Positions 43,357 to 56,354 of a stretch of DNA of 64,000 bases are shown here, piece by piece. The notes below the pieces were generated by a model that saw nothing but the letters and a program-made list of their open reading frames with translations, did not search any database and had not been told where the DNA came from. A program made the position numbers and the translations under genes. Every line of letters begins with the position of its first letter. The stretch's first letter is position 1. Source of the stretch: Amoebidium appalachense (taxonomy: Eukaryota; Protista; Ichthyosporea). The stretch lies in contig CAVNZM010000004.1 of the NCBI GenBank assembly GCA_963693365.1, positions 11,622,468-11,686,467 on the forward strand. The letters run 5' to 3'.

Positions 43357-43830
43357 CACACACTGGAGTCAACACTCAGGCTGCGAGGCCTTCGCCTATG
43401 ATTGGACATGTGTGGTGATGCTCACACACACCTGGCTGTTGCGCTGGAGATGTGCACACTTGTGACGGTTGCGGTATGCACGATAGAATTTGCCCAATAA
43501 TACAGAAACGGTTGGTCGGACCGAACTGAACTGAAGAGGCTGTTTCCTGAAAGCCGAGAGGCCGCGGAGTGAGTCGGAGGGAGCAGGGGGAGAGAGGGAG
43601 GGGAGAGGGAGGGGCAGGGAAGGGGGGGGAGGCGAGGTGCGCTGCCACCACCACCATCAACCGTAGGTGGGTGGGGCTGGGGTGGGGATGGGGACGGGCA
43701 CCGGTCGGTCCGGGCGTATCTAGGAGGGGGGAAGGGGAGGGCCCACCAAGGTTGCTTTCGATTTTTAAATTTCTACTTCTTCATCTCCTCTCCCCCCCTC
43801 ACCTCCCCCCCGGCCCTTAGCAAGCCAGCG

Positions 43831-43872
<42 letters not shown>

Positions 43873-44453
43873 CCCCCCCCACCCCCTCACCCCCCACCCC
43901 CACCAGAATCCCGCCCCACCCCCTTCCCCTTCCCCCCGGCCTGTCTGCCCGCCCCCGGCCTGCGCCGCCAACCGGGTCTCTTGCACATTGGTATGTACCT
44001 AACGCACGTATGGTTGTAAATCTGCTTCGTGTCTTCTTTGGTGATGTTTCAGACTTCGGTGTCGTGCCAATACGCAGCCTGGTGATGCCGTAAATACTGT
44101 ATAACTTGAGTGACTGGATATATAATGAGTGATTCTTGAGCAAGGCCTCCAGCACACCGGCCCGTCTTCCGGCACGGCGTGAGGCCCTGAGAGTCACAGG
44201 CTGTGTGACGGTTACGTAATTCAAAGCACACTTACCAAAAAAGGCTCGATGGCGACTTCAGGTAGTAGTCTAAGATCTCAACCCTATATACTGATCGTTG
44301 CCTTAATCGCTTCGATTGAAATGAGCTGTCAAGGGGTCTATTTGCTCAGACTAATCAGTGTCACATGCACCTTGAAATGTATAGCACGCGACTCGTGTGG
44401 ACATACACCCTTTCTCTCTTCCAGAGAACAACCAAGGAAAAACATCATAGAAA

Positions 44454-47400
44454 ATGGCGGGAAATAATCGCTACCAGAGCCCGCTTACGTCGCGGTATGC
44501 CAGCGACGAAATGTCCGGCAACTTCTCCAACGATGTTAAGTTTAGCACTTGGCGCAAACTGTGGCTGTCTCTCGCCAAAGCAGAGAAGGAGCTTGGGCTG
44601 GACATCGCTGACGAGCAGATTACTGAGATGGAGGCCCACCTCTATGATATCGACTATGCTATGGCTGCTGCTGAGGAGAAGAAGAGGAGGCATGATGTTA
44701 TGGCACACGTGCACACATTTGGTGTTGTGTGCCCCAAGGCGGCTCCCATCATCCACCTGGGTGCCACCTCTTGCTATGTGGGCGACAACGCTGACCTGAT
44801 CATCCTCAGAAACGGCATCGATATTCTGCTGCCCAAGCTGGCCAGGTAAAGAGTAACCCTATACACAAGATCTCATTCTAACCCATCAGCCCCCCCCCCC
44901 CCCCCCCCCCCCTGCTACTACCTTCGTCCTCTGTCCTTATTCTAAACCGTCGTTATTAACACTGTCCCTTTTCTCCCTCCCTCTCCCCTCCCCGCCCGGC
45001 CCCACGCTCTCCCTTCGGTTCATTTATTCCAACAAACCACTCATGCCCTGTATGTATTTATGTACCTATTCTGGACCATCGTCAAGCTCTTGCTGTACCA
45101 GACGGCTTTGCACTTTTGCGCAACCACTGGTTGTTCTCTGCTTATTATGCACTGTCTTCTTGCACCCCTCTTACACAACTGGGTTAAAGTTATCTTGTGC
45201 TGCTTGAGAAACGATTTCGCTGGATATCCGTTCCCCGGGGATCGCCTATTCCTTGATGCTCACGAAAAATTTCCGCATCAGAGTTCCCAATTCTTTTTTT
45301 GGCTTTTAGCTTGTTAGCGTGCCATGTTTCACGATTTCCGCCCCCTCCCCCCCCCCCCCCTTTCCATCCGGCATCGTCCACAGCACCCATTATCCCCCTT
45401 TCCAAACCTTCCAAACATGCACGCACCTGTTTCCTTCCCCCTCCCCCACTATAACTTTCCCCCCCCTCTCCCCGCCCACACACATACACATCGCACCCTT
45501 GTCCCATACCCCAATTCCTTCTTCCATTACCTACCCACACCGTTTTTATCGGCAGAAAAGCCTTCTCGCTCCTGTAACGTCGCTCACCATTTCCTCGCCT
45601 TCTCCGTGTATTCCAAATTCGTTGCCCAACCATCGTGTTAGGCATCACTCTCCTCCTATTACAACTTATTACCCCCCACCCCTTCCACCATGACTTGGGC
45701 CCTCCTCTCTGAGGCTGTGATCTGCCTGTGATGCATGCTCTTTCTGTGCTTTGCAGGTTCTGCTTCGTATTGTCCTTCGTGTATGTGCACTTCCTACTCC
45801 ACAACATATTCTCAAACCCCCCCCCCCCCCCTTCCCCAGGGTTCTTGATCGTCTTGCCAAGTTTGCCAAGGAGTATGCCAACATGCCCACCCTGGGCTTC
45901 ACACACTTCCAGCCAGCACAGCTCACCACGGTGGGCAAGAGGGCGTGCCTGTGGATGCAGGAGTTGGTGCTTGACTTAGGCCATTTGGAGAGGGTCAGGA
46001 GGGAGATGAGGTTCCGTGGTGTCAAGGGCACCACAGGCACACAGGCCTCGTTTTTGCAGCTGTTCAACGGTGATCATGACAAGGTGTGTGTGTGTGTTTT
46101 GTTTTAAGCTTTTAATGGAGGGACAGGGGGAGGGAGGGGGGATGGGGGGATGGGACGGGTGGCTGTTTTTTTGGTCGGGGGCAGGGGGGAGAGGGGGAGT
46201 GGGGGGCGTGTGTGTTGGTGTGTGTTCTCATTATTCGCTCCCGATAAGAGAAGGTGAGTGGTGTGTGTGTGTAGGTGGTGGTGGTGATGGTGGAAGGGAA
46301 GGGGGAGAGTGGGGGGAGGGGGGAGAAGTGCCTGTGCTTGTGTCTTCCGTGGGGTTGGGGGCTGGGGAGTTGATGGATGAGTTTTTGAGGTGTCTGTGCT
46401 GTGTTTTCTTTGAGGAGCTAGGAGCCTGTGAGGAAGCAGGTGTTTTTGGTTGCTTCTTCTTTTTGGACTCCCGAGGGGGCTCGGAGGGGGGGGAGGGGGG
46501 GGGGGGAGGTTATTTTGGGCTTCGTTGTAGACCGTGGGTAGGGGATTGCAGATGCTGGGGGGGGCTTACCCATGTGATTGAGCAACGGGTTAGCTGGGGG
46601 GCGGGAAGGGGGGAGGTGGGGAAGGGCGGAGGGTATGATCTGCTGGTGATGAGTGAATTTACTTAAAGGGCTAGAAGCAGGACTGCGCTGTTGGTTGAAT
46701 ATCAGTGGCCATAGCTGTTGTTGTGGAGGATGCCTTTCATCCTCCCCACCCCCTCTTCCCAGCACACACGAACACACACACTCGCATGCACATGCACACA
46801 CACATTCCCCCTCGTGTACGTTGTCCTTTGTTTTTTCTTTTATCTTTCTTCACATCCCCCCCTCCCCCAATCTCACCTTTTGGTTTGATTTACATTTGAG
46901 GTTTGCTTATGATGTGCACTCTTTGTGTGTGTGCTCTCTCCACACATCGGCATTGTGTTGTCCGTCTTGTGCATCGTATCCTGCAACATCTTCTATGTCC
47001 TCCCCTCCCCCCCTGCCCCGCGTCGGTGGCCTGTTGCGAATATGTAATTCCTATCGTGTATTACATTCTGACCCCCCTTCCCTCTCCCCCTCCCCCCCTC
47101 CCCCCCCTCCCCGCCCTTTTGCCACCCTCCTAAACGCATGCTAAAAAACCAATACATCCCTCCCCTCTTCTTCCTCCCCCCCCCCCCCCCCCCCCCCCCA
47201 CCGCTCCGCCCCCCCCCCCCCTCCCCCTCCCACACCCACCCACCCACCCACACACACACACCCCAACCACCCCCACCCACCCATCGCAGGTTGAGGAGCT
47301 TGACCGTCTGGTGACGAAGATGGCCGGGTTTGAGCGTGCCTACATCATCACTGGGCAGACCTACAGCCGCAAGATCGACTACGACATCCTGTCTGTGCTG

Positions 47401-47694
47401 GGCGGCCTGGGTGCCACCGTGCATAAGATTGCCACCGACATCCGCCTGCTTGCGTCCCTCAAGGAGATTGAGGAGCCCTTCGAGAAGGATCAGATCGGCT
47501 CGTCTGCTATGGCCTACAAGCGCAACCCCATGCGCTCGTATGCCCCCCCCCCCCCCTTCCCGTCTCAGCCCGTTTGTTCGGCAAAATCTTCGTTTTCATG
47601 CTGTTTCCCTCTTGTGCCTACACCACAACAACCACAGAATGCATTGGTAGTGTAAGCGATTTCCACCCTTTCACACGTTCCCTGTGTTCGCCGA

Positions 47695-47732
<38 letters not shown>

Positions 47733-48049
47733 TGCGTACCAACTCAAACATCGTTCCACACCTGAATGCACATTCTCCCCCCTCTCACCCACCCACCCAG
47801 GACAAAAGGCAAAGACTCAAATTACTGCTTGTTTTGGGATGTAGAAACATCCCTGATTATGGGCACTGTTCACAGTGTCATCTTGCCTGTGAAAATGTTT
47901 TGGCTTCTAATTTGTGTCTTTATTCTGTGTTCCTATTGTCTTTGCTTGCAAGCTTGCCACCTTTTAAAGTATGCATGGCCACTCACCTCCACCTCACCCC
48001 ACCCCCCTTCCGCCCATCACATACTAACATATATCCTCCCCCCCCCCCC

Positions 48050-48080
<31 letters not shown>

Positions 48081-48433
48081 ACACGTACACACGTACACGT
48101 GCACACAGTGAGCGCATCTGCAGTCTGTCCCGGCACCTGATGACACTTGTAGCCGATGCCTCGCAGACTGCGGCCGTGCAGTGGATGGAGCGCACCCTTG
48201 ACGACAGTGCCATCAGGCGCATTGCCCTGCCTGAGGCCTTCCTTGCTGCCGACATCTGCCTCAACACCCTGCAGAACGTGTGCGAGGGTCTGGTCGTCTA
48301 TCCCAAGGTTCGTGCTCGTACTTGTGATAAACCCGTGGTTGACCCACACATGTTCAAGTGAAACAGTATCTGAGTTGGGTTTCGTTGATGAGGTGAATGG
48401 GTCGAATCTCGGGCGCTGTGGATGACGTGCCCG

Positions 48434-48467
<34 letters not shown>

Positions 48468-49927
48468 TGAGGGTTATGCATACTCTTTGTGTGTGGTTTG
48501 CACTCTGCGCCGTGTTGTCCGTTGTTTATGTGTACTTCGTACTTGATAGCGCATTCAATCTCTCCCCCCCCCCCCCCCCCCCCCCAAACCTTTGCCAGGT
48601 TTTTGCGCACCATATCTCGCGTCGATATGTCTTTCGCATAATGTCTAACTCCTAGTACATTCCTAATGTTTTTTATTTTTTATTTTTTTGTTTTTATTTT
48701 ATTTTTTTATTTTTTTATTTTTTTTGGGGGGGGGGGAGGGGGATATTATTGAAGGAGTTTGGTGTAATGATGAAATTGGGGTGGAAAAGGGCTTCTGCAG
48801 AATTTCTGAGCAGGGCAAAAGAAAGATGAGACAGAAAATAGGTCAGGTTTTTTCTTTTTTTTTTTTTTTTTTTGGGGGGGGGGGGGGGGGGGGAATGGCA
48901 AGCAAGGCACTACACATTAGGGAAAGGAGTTGTTTAGAAGGTATCTGGGCCGTCAATGCATGCCCGTGCACCACTATCACCTGGGCAGTACACTGCGGGT
49001 GCCACAACTGCTCTTAGGGATGTATTCTCACACATGACCTGCAGGTGATTGAGAAGCGCATCCGTGAGGAGTTGCCTTTTATGGCTACTGAGAACATCAT
49101 CATGGCTATGGTCAAGGCCGGTGGTGATCGCCAGGTAAACACCCCCCCCTCCTCCCCCCTCTCCACGCCGGTCATGTTTCGGGGCCATATGGGCGGCATT
49201 ATGATCCCATCGGAATGCATGCATCTACGTCACATCGAATATGATTGGACGAGATCATGTTACCGGCATTGCCACATGTGCTGCGACGATAAGCACTTTC
49301 CCGTACTCCAACGGTTACGGCTTTCCGTTAGAACTGAGCATGGCGCGTGGACGCTTATACTGTACTTCTGCACATGAAATAAGCACGGCTGCTTTTTTCA
49401 AAAATTCTGGCTTAATCGAAAAAAACAAAGCGAAATAAGATAAACATTAATAGTAGTTGTTTACAGTTAGGCGCAGGCCGCCGATCCGGCAGACTTTCAG
49501 CGATGCGGCGGCCTGCCTCGATGCATGATTGATTGTTTGGTTTGCAAGTCATTTTACGGTATTCCTACCCGGAAATCCTAAAATTCCATGATAATAAACG
49601 GCGTTTGTTGTTACCGGTCGAATAGGGGCAAACCAATAGCTTTATAAAAATAGAAAACCAAGCGCCAGACACCCGTAAAATTTTTAAGACAACACAGGAC
49701 AATTGCTATGTACTGGTTGAAAGAAACCCGTCTTCTAATTCAAATTTTCCAGACATTTTTATTAGTGACGACCCTCCGCAGAACAAAAATTTGAGAGGTA
49801 TTTGCCATCACTCATGCGATTTATATATATTGAAACCTTATTGTTTGGGAAAGTCTTGAGCTGGATAAGGGTTCCTAATGTGCGGACCGATCTACCGCCC
49901 GGCCGGACCCTGGAAGATAACCACCGT

Positions 49928-49961
<34 letters not shown>

Positions 49962-50756
49962 CTCCTGCCCCTCCCACCCTCCCACCCTCCCACCCCTTCC
50001 CAATTCCGCTTCTTTTCCTCCCCATATTCTTGCTGTTCTTGCTCCCTTTTTTCTGTCATACTTGTGTGCCGGCCCTCTCCTTGCTCACCATTGCTCTCAC
50101 CATTGCTCCATGGACACTGCAGACGTCTTCCCCTTGTGCGGGCACGTGCAGGGTGGAGAGTGCACACACTTACATGCTCACACGTGCAGACACACAAGCA
50201 TAATCCTGACCTTACCGTTTTTGAATTGGTGCTTCGAACTGTGTGCCACTTCGAACTTCCCCCCCCCCCTCCCCCTTCTCTCTCGCTCTCCCACCCTCTC
50301 TCACTCTCTCTCTCTGTGTGTGTCTCCCCCCCCCCCCCCCCCCCCCTTCCCCCTCTTCTCTTGTATGCCAGTTGGGGAAAGACTATTCATTATAAGAACG
50401 GGTAGTTGCGTTGGGACAAGCCTTCATCTGTGGTTTTTGTCGGTTTTTATTCCAGACGGATTATCTCATTCGATGTTCATTGCATGGATATGCTGTACGC
50501 ATTCCCACTCCGTGTTCAAGATGTCTGTTGGGATATAAGTAAGTTTATCTCATCACTCAGGGCATTGGAAACTATCTCACCGCTATCCCCTCGCAGGAGT
50601 GCCACGAGCAGATCCGTGTGCTGTCTCATGAGGCTGCAAAGGTGGTCAAGATGGAGGGCGGGCAAAACGATCTGATTGAGCGGGTCAAGGCCAATGCCTA
50701 CTTTGCTCCCATCCACAAGTAACCCCCCCCCCCCCCCCCCCCCCCAAACACACGCG

Positions 50757-50795
<39 letters not shown>

Positions 50796-51435
50796 AAAAA
50801 AAAAAAAAAAAGCCTTTCCTTTCGTATTATACCTTGAAGTACATATTTACTTGTCCAAGTTTGTGTGTCTGTGTCTATCAGCGTTATCTCGGAGACTACC
50901 CCCCCCCCCCCCCCCCCCCGCCCATGGCTACTCCTTTAGACCCAGGGGCTTGAGCGGAAGAAACAAAAAAGAAGGAGGGCCCCCACGTTTATTTTATGCT
51001 CATGCACACGCTCATGCATCTCCCCCCCCCCCCCCCCCCTCCCCCCCCCTCCCCCCCCCCCCCCCCCCCCCCTCCTCCTCCCGGCTTATGCTTACTTCTC
51101 TGCTTGTTTTCTTTGTTTTTGTCTGCTTGCAGTTTTTGTAGACTCTGTTTTCTTAGATTGCTGCTCCTTGAACAATCCTGCTCGCCTTTGGCCAAGACGG
51201 GTGGACTCGCCTATTGCTGTTGAAACAAAGTATGGGTTGGGAACCACACGCGAGAGGTTAAGGAGTCGAAACTCGTGCTTTTGTGGAGGCATCCTGATGA
51301 TGGGCTCTGTTCAAGTGTCTTCTGCCTGCACGCTTAAATTGTTTGATTCTGGGTTTCCCATATTTGTGACGTTTTGTTGTTGCTCTTTGTTGTCTCCTCC
51401 ATAATTCCAACCCTCTTACACTTAACACATACATC

Positions 51436-51469
<34 letters not shown>

Positions 51470-51748
51470 GGCGCTTTCCCTTCTGAAATGGGTTTTACTC
51501 AGTTGTACTTGTACGATGTTAATTGCACTTACACACTGAGTACTGCATTCTAATGAGAACCCCCCCCCCCCCCCCCCCCCCTGCGCTCCCGGGCACACAC
51601 CCACAGCCAACTGGACCAGCTTCTGGACCCCTCCACATTCGTGGGCCGGGCCCCCGAGCAGGTGGCCCGATTCCTTTCGGAGGAAATCGAACCGGCATTG
51701 AAGCCCTATGTTGAGAAGATGGGTGGGGCTGCCTCCATCAACGTGTGA
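44454..51748 (+). CDS. ADSL: Adenylosuccinate lyase, 7 exons (44454-44845, 45840-46083, 47290-47537, 48109-48307, 49045-49134, 50597-50718, 51607-51748)
   Basis: [66 protein letters not shown], the fumarase/ASL signature [21 protein letters not shown] and [12 protein letters not shown]. All junctions are GT-AG and in frame. Confidence 0.97.
45690..45816 (+). mobile_element. Degenerate subfamily-A fragment in ADSL intron 1
   Basis: ATGACTTGGGCCCTCC...CTGAGG matches the 20824 copy. It ends ...TTCTCAAA plus a C-tract just before the 3' splice site. Confidence 0.65.
46896..47070 (+). mobile_element. Two degenerate 3'-end fragments (46896-46995 and 47032-47070) in ADSL intron 2
   Basis: TGCTTATGATGTGCACTCTTTGTGTG...GCATTGTGTTGTCCGT resembles subfamily A. 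TGCGAATATGTAATTCCTATCGTGTATTACATTCT resembles the 23367 copy. Each is followed by a C-run. Confidence 0.55.
47803..47910 (+). mobile_element. Degenerate subfamily-B fragment in ADSL intron 3
   Basis: CCCTGATTATGGGCACTGTTCACAGTGTCATCTTGCCTG versus subfamily-B CCCTGATGATGGGCTCTGTTCAAGTGTCGTCTGCCTG. Confidence 0.6.
48312..48558 (+). mobile_element. Degenerate near-full-length subfamily-A copy in ADSL intron 4
   Basis: CATGTTCAAGTGAAACAGTATCTGAGTTGGGTTTCGTT is identical to the 21205 copy. GAAA is mutated to GAAT, the internal C-run is expanded, and the copy ends GCATTCAA near a C-tract. Confidence 0.75.
49164..49928. mobile_element. Possible non-autonomous DNA transposon (MITE-like) in ADSL intron 5
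   Basis: A complex ~765-nt block between C-runs. Its ends are imperfect inverted repeats: CACGCCGGTCATGTTTCGGGG versus the reverse complement of the right end, CACGGTGGTTATCTTCCAGGG (15/21 match). Confidence 0.3.
50230..50255 (+). mobile_element. Very short 3'-end fragment in ADSL intron 5
   Basis: TGCTTCGAACTGTGTGCCACTTCGAA versus TACTTCGTACTGTGTTCCGCATTCAAA of the 20824 copy, followed by a C-run. It is short enough that chance cannot be excluded. Confidence 0.4.
51173..51438 (+). mobile_element. Subfamily-B copy in ADSL intron 6
   Basis: Homologous to 5933-6198. GTT at 51236-51238, GAAA at 51268-51271 and CTGATGA at 51294-51300, with a short deletion before CTGATGA. Ends CATACATCACC plus a C-tract. 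Confidence 0.8.
51483..51560 (+). mobile_element. Degenerate fragment directly downstream of the 51173 copy
   Basis: TGAAATGGGTTTTACTCAGTTGT...CATTCT plus a C-run resembles the 23367-23500 copy (TGAGGATGGGTTTTACT...ACTCAGTTGT...CATTCT). Confidence 0.5.
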
Positions 51749-53973
51749 GCGCGGCTGCGGCATTCAATTTGTGAGAACTTGGTGAGATGATCTTTTTGAG
51801 GAGAGGGAGGGTGTGTGTTAGTATGTAGGGCCCGCAGTAGGGTGTATCGATTAATTATTTTGATTTACAATGAGTTAACGTACAGTATTGCACGTTTGAG
51901 TCTATCCTCTATCAATTGCCTGGGTTCCAGTCCCCCCTCCCCCCCCCCCCCCCCCCCCCCCCCAACACACACACACACACGCACACACACACACACACAA
52001 CTGTAACAATAACACGCCACGGTACCCGGCCCGTGTGTGCTGGATTAGGAAGTTTTTTTCCTTCAGGTTTGGAGACTGTGACATGCTAATCGGTGCGCAA
52101 GAAAAAAAAATTATTGCCGGATTGTGTGTGCAAGCAAGTTCAGTGCAAGAGAAATGCCCTACATAATTGCTTTTATTCAGGTTGGCTCAGTAAAGAGATT
52201 CTGGGCATGTATACTGTTTCCATGATGTGCCATGCCAATACAGTTCTGGAAACCATGGGTGTGCACGTGTGGTGTGTGTGTGTGTGTGCACGCGTGTGTG
52301 CTGCTCACAAGTGGTACGGCGTATTAGTGTGCTGGTCAAGCTTCAATTGCAAGCTGCATACATGCATGGCATATGCACGTGAAGATAAGAGTATGTCGCA
52401 CCTGCTGCCAGGCACAGTAGCGTGCACGACGTGTGTGACACTGTGTGGGTGTGCGTACGTGTGTGTGTGTGACATGCATTCCGTGCGTATGTAATGTACA
52501 TGTACTCGTGCCTGCACGTTTGTGTGTGTGTTGTGTGTGGCTGTAGACTGTCGAGTGTCCACGGTGCAATTTAATCTGTGTGCACATGTACACGCATGCC
52601 ACCTGTGCACGTAGCCGCTATATTAATGCATATCATGCAGCATACTAGCTATGATCACCGTTTTCCCCCGGGGGGTTGGGAGGGGAGAGGAGGGGGTTTC
52701 GCCTTCCCGGTCCGGGTCGGGCCACCTTCGCTGACCCGGCCCACTGCCGCCGGCCGCCGCGTGACCCGTGCCGTGAATCTCAGGGGATGGAAATCATGGA
52801 ATGAAGCAAACATTCCACGTGTTTACGTGCATTTTTGGACGGACGTTCGATCAACAATAAAAAAAGGTCAAGCATATACTAGTGTTCCCTTCTCTGCCCT
52901 CCCCCTAATCACATGCATAGGTATGCATGTCGTTCTTTATGCTACCAACAGACCAAACGCGCCCCCCCCTTCAACGGTTTTCGTGTGCTTGTTACTGATC
53001 GCTACGCGGCGTTTGGCCTAAAGAATGTGACGTCATCGGCTTGGCCACGGATCCGGATCAACGTGTGCCGGCTGTTCAAATATATACGTAGCAGCTGTCG
53101 CACCATAGCTGCATTGCCACTGTAGAAAATTAGGATACTTAGGTACCCGTTTTTTATTTTCTGCTGTTGAAAATGAAAGCACTACCTCATATTGCTATCA
53201 AGGAGAAGTAAAGACCGGAGTACAGTGGGATCGATTGGATTCACCAAGACACTGCCGATAGTAATACCAATCATCATCACGGAAATTTTTGACTACTTCT
53301 TTGTATGATAGATAACCAATAGAGATTGGTTTATTATTATTAGCCTACTAAAAGGGTAAAATTCCAGAAAGAGTGCAAAACGAAAGTCTGACAGGACTGA
53401 ACTTATTGTAGTAGCAGATATGTAAACGTACAACAACATTAGACAATAAGTATCTAAAGATGTCTTTACATATCAATATAATAAAATTTAATAAATAAAG
53501 AACATGTACTACAGTTATTTTTCCCTTTTTTTCCTGATTATTTTTTCAACAAGGCTCGCACCGCTTAGACCATAGTTGATTGATTTTGCCCTTCATTTTA
53601 TCCCTTTAGGGGTATCACCGGCCGCATGCATGCCTGAACGGTTTCACATGCCATCAGCCTTGCAGGCATTCAGCAACGGTCACTCCGTCTGTGCTGCGCG
53701 CCAACGATTCGAGCTTCCGTTGTTTATTTGTGTTTTGGACGTTGGGTCGTTTGTTTACCTCGGAATTCGAACCGTGGTTTATGAGAGCATTTTTCTGCTC
53801 ATCTCTGAATTTCGTATAGAGAAAGTTTGGAAAAAAAATATAGACAGTGGTTTTAGACAGAGTGTATAGTGAAGGGAAAGAGAGACAATCCTGTTTCGAG
53901 ACCTCTCTTATAGACTGAGCAAGAAGAACCACGTCAAAACTTCCATCTTTAGCCTTCTGAAGGAACTGCCAAA

Positions 53974-56312
53974 ATGTCTATGGATGAGGGCGCCAACGAA
54001 GACAATGTGTGGTCTAAAGACATAGAAGATGCCTTTGAGGAGGCTCTTGCCATCTACCCACCCTGTGGGCGCAGAAAGATTATTGTGTCAGATGAAGGGA
54101 AGATGTATGGTAGGTCTCGTCCTTGGTGCACCCTTGTGCCTTGTTTTCATGTGTAGTAGGAGCTACTTGTTATCAGTCTGTTTAGCTGGTTCACCATTTT
54201 TGGTGGCTGCCCGTTTGTTGCCGTGCACGTGAGAGTTATTCTGTTAGAAGTCGTTTCTAGAGGTAAGTGGCGCAATAGTCGGAGCAAAAACGAAACCGGT
54301 CTGTAGCCGTGAAAAAGAAAAAAATCACAGAAGGCCAGAAGGGTAGAATTGCAAAAGGGGAATTTTCAGAAGTAGGCAACCCTCGGCAACACTTGCTGTT
54401 TGGGCAAAACATGGTGACGTGGGTGCATAGTTTTTCTTTGTTTGTTGAGAGCCTACACCTGTGGTTGAGTGGTTTGTTCACCTTCCAATCGTCGCTGCAG
54501 GAAGAAACGAGCTGATTGCTCGCTACATAAAGATGAAGACGGGGCAGTCCCGCAGCCGCAAGCAGGTGTCAAGTCACATACAAGTGCTGGCACGCAAGAA
54601 GCAGAGAGAGCTGCAGATCAAGCTGAAGGTGTGTGTATGCGTGTGTTTGTGTGTGTGCGTGTGTTCGTGTGCGTGTGGGTGTGTGGGTGGGCGGCTGGAG
54701 AGGGGGCTGCAGGTTACGAAGGTGTGTGTGTGTGTGTGTGTGTGTGGTTGCCAGAACTTGGCGGTACTCGTTAAAGGCTTTGGCTTTGCATACGATTTAC
54801 ACGGTAGGAAGTCGGGTTTGTTGTGTGACATGGTTGGTGCTTTCCCGTATTCTTGTTGTACGCTGCCCTGTGCACGCCCGTGCAGTCCGTGCTTGTCCAT
54901 CACCTTCTTCCACCCCCTTTTACAACAACACTTGGAACATATTATCTCCCCTTCTCCCTTCATCCTTCCATCCCTTCCTCCCTCCCTCCCTCCGTCCCTC
55001 CTCTTCCCCCAGCTTCCCACTTGCTCTTGCTTTTTCAAAACTCTTACCCCGCACCCTTGAATACCTTCTCTTTCCTGATTGACTAACTCCCCTCGTCCTC
55101 TCCCTTTCTCCAGCACTGCGACGAAAGTATCCGCAAAACTGCACTTGAAAACCTTGCCACCATGTCTTCGGCGCAGATCGTGTCTGCAACCATGGGGCTG
55201 GGTGGTGGTGGAGGACAGGTATGGTGCTGTTAAATAATGAAGCACATTAGATCGAGTTGGTTAGAAGGGGGTGGGTAGGGGTGGAGGTGAACTGAATATG
55301 GTGACGATGGATGGGAGGTGTGCCTCGGTGGATGAGGAAGGAGGAATGGAAGGGGCCAACAGTTTGCCTTGTTTAAGCACACTCAGCCTGGATTCTTTGT
55401 GATGTGAAACTCAAAGCCGATTGTGTGTTGTGAAACTGGCTGGTTTCTTTCTACGGTGTGCAGAGGTGGAGTGGTCAACAAAGGGAGACCAATTGCAGTC
55501 AGAGCTTGCCTGTACTATTTGTTTTTGTTTTACTTGAACGCTACCACCAGCTTTTTTGTGCTGAGAGTTTTCTGACAGTTTGTGTTTGAATCCGTTCTTT
55601 TTGAAGGACGAAGAGGAGGCACCTTCACGGGGTGGGATGGGTGGAGGGATGGTGATGCCAAAGGCAGAGAACCCGCACGGTGGCTACTGGGACAGACCCG
55701 AGTATGTGCCCCAACACATACACACACACACGCACACAGAAAAAGCTAGAGGGAGTAAAACAGCGGGGATTGTGTATGTGCACAAGTGCATGGCAATGCA
55801 CACAGACTGCATGCATATGATTTAATGCAATTCTCATGATTTGTGGCTTTAACACTATGGCAGCCGCTTCACGTGATGCCTTTATGTGCTATATGGCTAT
55901 GCCCACCGAGTAGCCTGAATACCTTTGTGATCGTATGGTCGTACATGGCTATGTGCATGGTATACACTTTCTCTCTCTTTCTCCTCCCCCCCCCCCCCCC
56001 CCCCCCCTCTCTCTCTCTTTCCTCCGGGACACTTGCCCCATGTTTCTGACGGGTGGGTGAGCAGGGAGATGTACGGTGGCGGAGGCATGTATCCGGGTGG
56101 TGGTGGCTACATGGGGGGCCCATATGGTGCACCACCAAAGGGCTTGTATGGTGCGGGGGCATATGGCAGGCATGCACCCCCACCCATGCTTGGTGGTGGG
56201 GGGCCGGAGGGGCCTGGGCCTAGACTGTCCATTGCAGAGTATGCGGCATTTATCGAGTACAGATGGGACCAGAACGAACCGGTATGTGTGTGTGTGTGTG
56301 TGTGGTGGTTGT

Positions 56313-56354
<42 letters not shown>

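Noticed and set aside
48387-48415. TTGATGA...GTCGAAT read as a conventional type I hammerhead
   Set aside because: Stem II does not pair. Alignment with the 21205 copy shows TTGATGA is a decayed form of the TCGTTAACGA palindrome, not a core motif.
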